Shown: positions 58,131 to 64,000 of the stretch, piece after piece
Numbering within the stretch: position 1 is the first letter of the stretch
How the letters are laid out: each line of letters opens with the position of its first letter
Source of the DNA: Eledone cirrhosa
Taxonomy: Eukaryota
Assembly: GCA_964016885.1 (NCBI GenBank)
Contig: OZ024740.1
Coordinates: 338,272,001-338,336,000 of the forward strand
Reading direction: 5' to 3'
Length of the DNA: 64,000 nt
Program-made: the position numbers and the translations under genes
Notes under the pieces: generated by a model
What the model was told of the DNA's origin: nothing
Database searches by the model: none
Seen by the model: the letters and a program-made list of their open reading frames with translations, nothing else

Positions 58131-61100
58131 ATACAATTAATATGACCAAATAGAATATATACAAGCAGGGCATGGCTTTCTGCCCTGCCTAAGAAAGAAA
58201 TAACTCTAAATAAGAACTAATTTGAACCATGATAACCTATCCAACCTATGTCAACATAGAAAGTGGATGTAATGATGATGATGAAATGTTACAAATAAAT
58301 GAGCTAGTGAAAGGACAAATGGCTGAACCCATACCCTTTACAAGCTCTGAGGATACCTATGTGGAATCTATTTCATGGTGACTCTAATGTTTGATGTGGT
58401 GCCTACTTACAGCCAGGTGGACTGGATTATTGAGAATTAAATGGTTTAAGAATGGACTCAGCAGAGTTTAATTGACAATGTTTTAACCATGAACTTAGCA
58501 GAGTTCAGTTGACAGAATATGAACCTGTGACTTCATAACTTTCTACACTCCCAATGTAATTAAGTGGCAAGCAATATAAGATCACATGGTAAAAGTTACA
58601 GAACAAACGTTTCATTAAGTTTGTTATGCAGTTTTTACTGTCAGTTAAACACTATTTCACTTCAGTTAAGCTTCTAAAATACCTTGATAAATGAATGGTG
58701 GTGGCTACACCATTTCTCTTCTAAACGATGTTTTCTGTCTAGTTTAAAAAAGAAAAACAATAAAATAGTATTAATAACAGGTTTTATTACTAGCTTAACA
58801 TGATCATTAATTAATAGCTGTCAAATAGAGAAATTTACTTTACTCCTTGTTTTTTTATTTGTTTGTTACATGTAACAAATTTTAAAATTACGGCCTTGTC
58901 AGTTTTGTTTCTTAACAAAATCTATATATTAGGTTGCTAACATCTTTTATGAATGCTGAGTAATCTCAACTACAAGCCAACATTTCATTCTGCTATTTTT
59001 CCTCCAGTTACTAACAAAATCTCCAACCGTATGAAAAAAGACTATCGGTCAATATTAGGCTAAAGAATTATAGCAAAAAGTTAACAGAAATTATAGATTG
59101 TCAGATTAAATGTTCTTCTTTGGTCAATATACATCAGACACACAATCTTTCAAAGTTAATAATGGCTGGGGGTCACTGCTCATAGCAGGAATACAATAGT
59201 AGTTAAAGTTTATACCATGGTCTGCCTTTAAATTGCAAGCAGCATGAGTTACTTGCACAAACAAGCCTATGAGTATTACTCAATTAAATTAACCACAATA
59301 TTTACTTTTATTATAATGATCTCAGATTGATGAAAAATGAAATTGATCTCGATGGAATATTGAACTCAAAACATAAAAGGTTGAAACAAGTATAGCCAAA
59401 CACTCAAACAATTCTGTTAAATCCTCAGGCAGGTTAAATGACATGCACTAATGAATGTAAATCTGCTTTGATACCTTTGGATAACGAATTTCAGTAATTT
59501 CCTGAGGTTGATCCTATTTATTATACACTGTATTTTGTGGAATGGTGTGTTCATTATTTCTAACAATGCAGGAGCATCATTATTCCTAAATAGTCAATAC
59601 CTGTAACCACACCTTACCTCTATGTGGGTAGTAATTGATAGTTAAGATAAGATGATGATGATAATCCTAACCAGGACTAATTTAGGCTTCCTTGGGTGGA
59701 CCTTGAACTTATCAAGGGGATTTTTTCTTTTCCAAGAGTCAGAAGAAAAGGAATGCCAGTATATCTGAAGGGAACCAAGTGTAGAGGTTGCCAAGAGAGT
59801 TAACAATACAAGACTCAAATGCCTTAATGAAATTCTACTCTATTTGTAGATTTGATCAATGATGTTTGACATTTCATTGAGTTTATCTACTCTTGTAGAG
59901 AGATATTGATTTTTTTTTGTATTGTCAGGGCATTCACCCACTTTCCACCCATGATGGTCGAACCCAAGAGTGACATTATTAGCTTAATCCCTGATGACCC
60001 AACCATGAAACAGGAAGTACTGGTTTGCACCAAATCATTTGATCTGACCTGAAAGATATTGTATAAAATATAACCTGCATTGTATAAACTTTGTAAGATA
60101 ACAATTTTCTCTCATCAAGAGAAAAGAGTTTTAAATTTAAAGCAAGGCATTTAAAAAAAAATGTTCTTCTTTGATATTATTTGAAGAGATTTACTGCACT
60201 AATCGTTGAAATTCCCCTCTTCTCACAGCAAACCCATATATATCTTAGGCTACACACAGTTTCATTCATCATTGATTCTATTACTACCACAAGGATATCT
60301 CCTGCTCTTCTGGACTATCTAGTTTTATACAACCTCCACTCAGGTCTTACAGACTCATTTGTTTCTCCTTCATATTATGTCTCACTCTACCAGGCCCTCG
60401 CTAACTACTTTTTTCTCCTTGGAGTCCATTACTTCTTTGCCAGAATATCAACCACTCCGAGAGCCTGCTGAAGTCATGAGTATTGTCCTTTCTTCTTTAC
60501 TAAGACATAAAAGTCAATAGTTTCTTTGGATTCTAATCTTTTTCATTGCTGTATAACATTTAGCTTGGTATGTAGTGAAAAGAAATCTTTATTCATGTTG
60601 AAGAACAATTCAATCCTACATAGAAGATAGCTTATACAAAATATCAGAAAGTATCTCTGATCATAATGTTTCCAATCTTATTATCTGTAATTGTTAACTT
60701 CTATACAAAATATTTCAAGGATGAATATAGTTTTACGATTTTTTTCTTAGTAAGCTGCAAGCTGTCTTATATATTTATGTCTACTGGTTTACATATTCAC
60801 CTACACACAGAAGTCAACGTACATAAATGTCCATTATAGCTATGCCATTATTACTTACTAACACATATAAAGTTTATGTGTTGTTCTGTCACATCAGTGA
60901 CAACAATAGGACACAACATTTACCAAATATTCTAATCTTATCTCAGAGATAATCTTGTAGTTCTAGTGGTGATTTGGCAAAATTGTTAGATCATAGGATA
61001 AAATGCTGTGCAGTATTGGTTCCGACTCTCTATGCTCTAAGTTCAAATTCTCCTTAGTTCAATTTTGCCTTTTGTCTTTCACTCTTTCAGTGTCCATAAA

Positions 61101-62994
61101 ATAAAGTACCAGTCCAGGGCGATAGATTAGCAGAATTGTAAGAGCATTGGATGTGATGTTTTGTAGTACATGAGTGAAGATAGAAATAATAAAAGATTTA
61201 AGCAAACAAATCAGTGAAGTTGTAATTAAATAAAGAGAAAGGAGAAAAATAATGGTTAATGGGGATAAGAAAAAGAGACCAGCTTGCACCTAGAATTTAT
61301 TCAACTCCATGCTGATGATGCATCCATGCTGAAATGCTTTCATATATTTTTCTTTGACTTTAATACTTCATTGTTGCAACAGAAACAAATTTTTAAATTA
61401 TTATGATCTTAAAACCTTATATTGTGATAATTAGTAGATTGTAACAGTAAAATCGCTTTGAACCAATCACATTTGTGCTTTTTGAAAGAGAAGACCATCA
61501 GCCCACATGAAATCAGTTAATTGTTTGTAATAGAATGAAAAGTCCCCTATCAGATTCTTTGTCTATCAAAAATACAAAAAAATGCAATGATCAAATGTAT
61601 ATATTTTGTCCTGCCTTAAAAAAATGTACACAAATGTGAATGAAGTGTAGTCACAAATTGAAATGATCTAGATGGAAAATGAATGAAGATTTACATAAAC
61701 ATTTCAGTGGCTGAATTATTTGGCCAATGATAGTAAAACTTACATTCATAAATGTCCTTATTTACAAACATACACTCCACACATACATTGGTGCAGACAT
61801 AGATCAGCACAATCATTTAGAGATAAAGAACCATATTAAAAAAAAACAGATTGTCACAGTCAGTTACATTTAAAATGACCACCCACCTTAGTAACAGATA
61901 GAGCAGCACCACGGTCAATTAAAGATAGACCACTATAGAAATAAGGTGAGAGTGGACCATTAAATAAATTAACGACCAGTGAAAACTTCTGGTAATTAGT
62001 GTCGGCTTATTCAAATCTTTGTGATTGTTTAACGAAAACTGATTGAAATTGAATTAAAAATCTGTTCACAAAAACTTAAAATATCTTCACTAAGAGAATG
62101 AGGGGAAAAAATAAATAAGAAATAAAAAAAAATTCTGGTAAAAAAAACCCTGTTTGATATAAGAAGAAAAAAAAAAACGAAAAGAAAAAATACAGGAACA
62201 ATTCTTAGAAATCAATTAAGTTGAAGCAAAATCAAACTCAAATAATTTGAATGAAAAAAAGTCTATAAAGTTAATTAAAAAGTTAATCCAAAAATCAATA
62301 GCTAATCTTATGTTTCTCCTGTCTTTTATGATTGCTTTTTTTTGTTTGTTGTGGGTGGTGGTAAAAGAAGCAATGAAACATTGGGTACTCCCACCTCTAT
62401 TTCCCTCATTGCCAAACACCCACATTATACAGACTAAAGAATCAGTTGTAATTTCAGCTTATTTCATCACATGTCACATGTGTGTTGGTTTCAAAAAACG
62501 ACCTCACCTTTCTTTGTACTCCAATGTCTCTTCAGCAGTCTAGTTTATTTCTCTGTCTCTGCCTATCTTTCTCACTGTCACACTCTTTCTCTCAGCTATT
62601 CTCTCTTTCAGTCTATATAGCAATAAATACCAACAATAATATTGAGTTCTAATTTATTCAAGCAATTTCAGAGGAATAGGAAAGAACCCCAGCATATTAC
62701 TGGTACTACATTTTATCGATCCTGGGAGGCAAAGTTGACCTTGGTGGAATTTGAACTCAGAATGTAAAGAGGCAGAACAAAAACCTCAAGATATACTCTT
62801 TCTTTTTTTCTTTCTTGTCCCTATATTTCTTCTCCTAGGTTTAATAAACTTAATCTTAATAAATCTTAATAAATAATAATATAACAACTGAGATGAATTC
62901 AAAAACATTTCAAAAAGTAAAAAGTGAAGTAAATATAAATAAATAAATGAATAAGTAAATAAGTATTTATGTTCTCACTCCCTCCGTCTCTCTC

Positions 62995-63350
62995 ACTCTC
63001 CCCATCTCTCACTATTACAAGCAAATGGATGCCCACATACTGGCCTCCCTGCAGCCCCATCGAACAGAATAGAGAAGGTATTTCCCCACGGGATGGTGAA
63101 GGAGACATGTTGGAAGAGCCATTCCTGCTTGAAAGGCTCACACCTGGAGGTAGTCAACTTTGTGTCGATGGTGGTGAGTAGGGTGGGGGTCCTAGGGCCA
63201 AGGACACCATACGTCTCCACTGCTACAGGCTCTACTGCAAACCTATTGGAGAGCAACCGATATTTGGAGAGTTTACCCTCCTCGGGCCAAAGTGCAACAG
63301 AGCCTGGTTTAGTCACAGACTGCACCAGGTTGCCATTGGGGAACATATAA
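62995..63350 (-). mobile_element. Restriction-like endonuclease C-terminus of a CRE-type non-LTR retrotransposon
   Basis: EEGKLSKY..L..FAVEPVAVETYGVLGP..LFQHVS..WGN..SI is the pattern typical of CRE-clade RLE domains. Confidence 0.65.
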
Positions 63351-64000
63351 TATCCAATACTCCAACACCTTTGCCAATTCATAATAACGATTTTTAATTT
63401 AGGCACAGGGCCAGCAATTTGGGGGGAGAGGAAAGTCAATTATATGAATGCCAGTACTTTACGGTAGTTTGTTTCATTGACCCCAGAAGGATGATAAACA
63501 AAGTTGACCTCAGCAGGATTTGAAACCAAAATGTATGGGCTGGAATGAAATATTACAATGCATTTCTTCTAATACACCAAGGATTTTGCCAACTCATTAC
63601 CCTAATAATTCTTTCTAAAATAGGCACAAGACCAGAATTGAACCCTTTAGCAATTATACCGGCTATATATGGCTAGAATTCTCTCATCTTTTTCTCTTCA
63701 AACTGGCTCTATCCGACCACTCATACTTATATTAAGGTATTGTTCTCAAAATAAATAATATCAAAATCTCATAGATCGATATTATGTGAGATAATTATGA
63801 GGTAAAACCATTACCATGAAAATATAATAGTATATATGGAGTAATGTAAATGCTAAAGGATTAAGGGAAGGGGAATGCCGATAATATTAACTCCAGGACT
63901 TAATTACTCTATTTTATGGACCTCAGAATGATGAAAGGCAAAGTTGGCATTGGCGGGATTTGAACTCAGAACGAACACCACCAAGCATTTGTTACAACAT

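Noticed and set aside
59920-60030. CTGATGA..GAAAC motif
   Set aside because: No stem II and no stem I can be formed.

Overview
AT-rich, repeat-saturated animal genomic DNA with no recognisable host gene. The SINE and RTE families resemble those of cephalopods such as Octopus (inference). The window is a mosaic of long (TA)n/(TACA)n microsatellites holding RTE LINE fragments, tRNA-headed SINEs, Tx1/L1-like and CRE-like fragments, an internally deleted Helitron, MITEs and many Penelope-like element (PLE) pieces, including one decayed RT+GIY-YIG copy. Main observation: the window is dense in type I hammerhead ribozyme (HHR) motifs, found by eye. About 19 have a canonical CUGANGA/GAAA core and about 10 are variant or decayed, across roughly 8 sequence families. 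Two near-perfect non-coding tandem arrays (311-bp and 310-bp units, at 9422-11183 and 22865-24899) carry one HHR per highly structured unit. A second 441-bp HHR tandem unit and several long fold-back palindromes carrying U3:A8 variant hammerheads also occur. Together these look like a retrozyme/viroid-like circular-RNA system mobilised by PLE reverse transcriptases into (TA)n tracts. Cleavage activity, transcription and novelty are untested.
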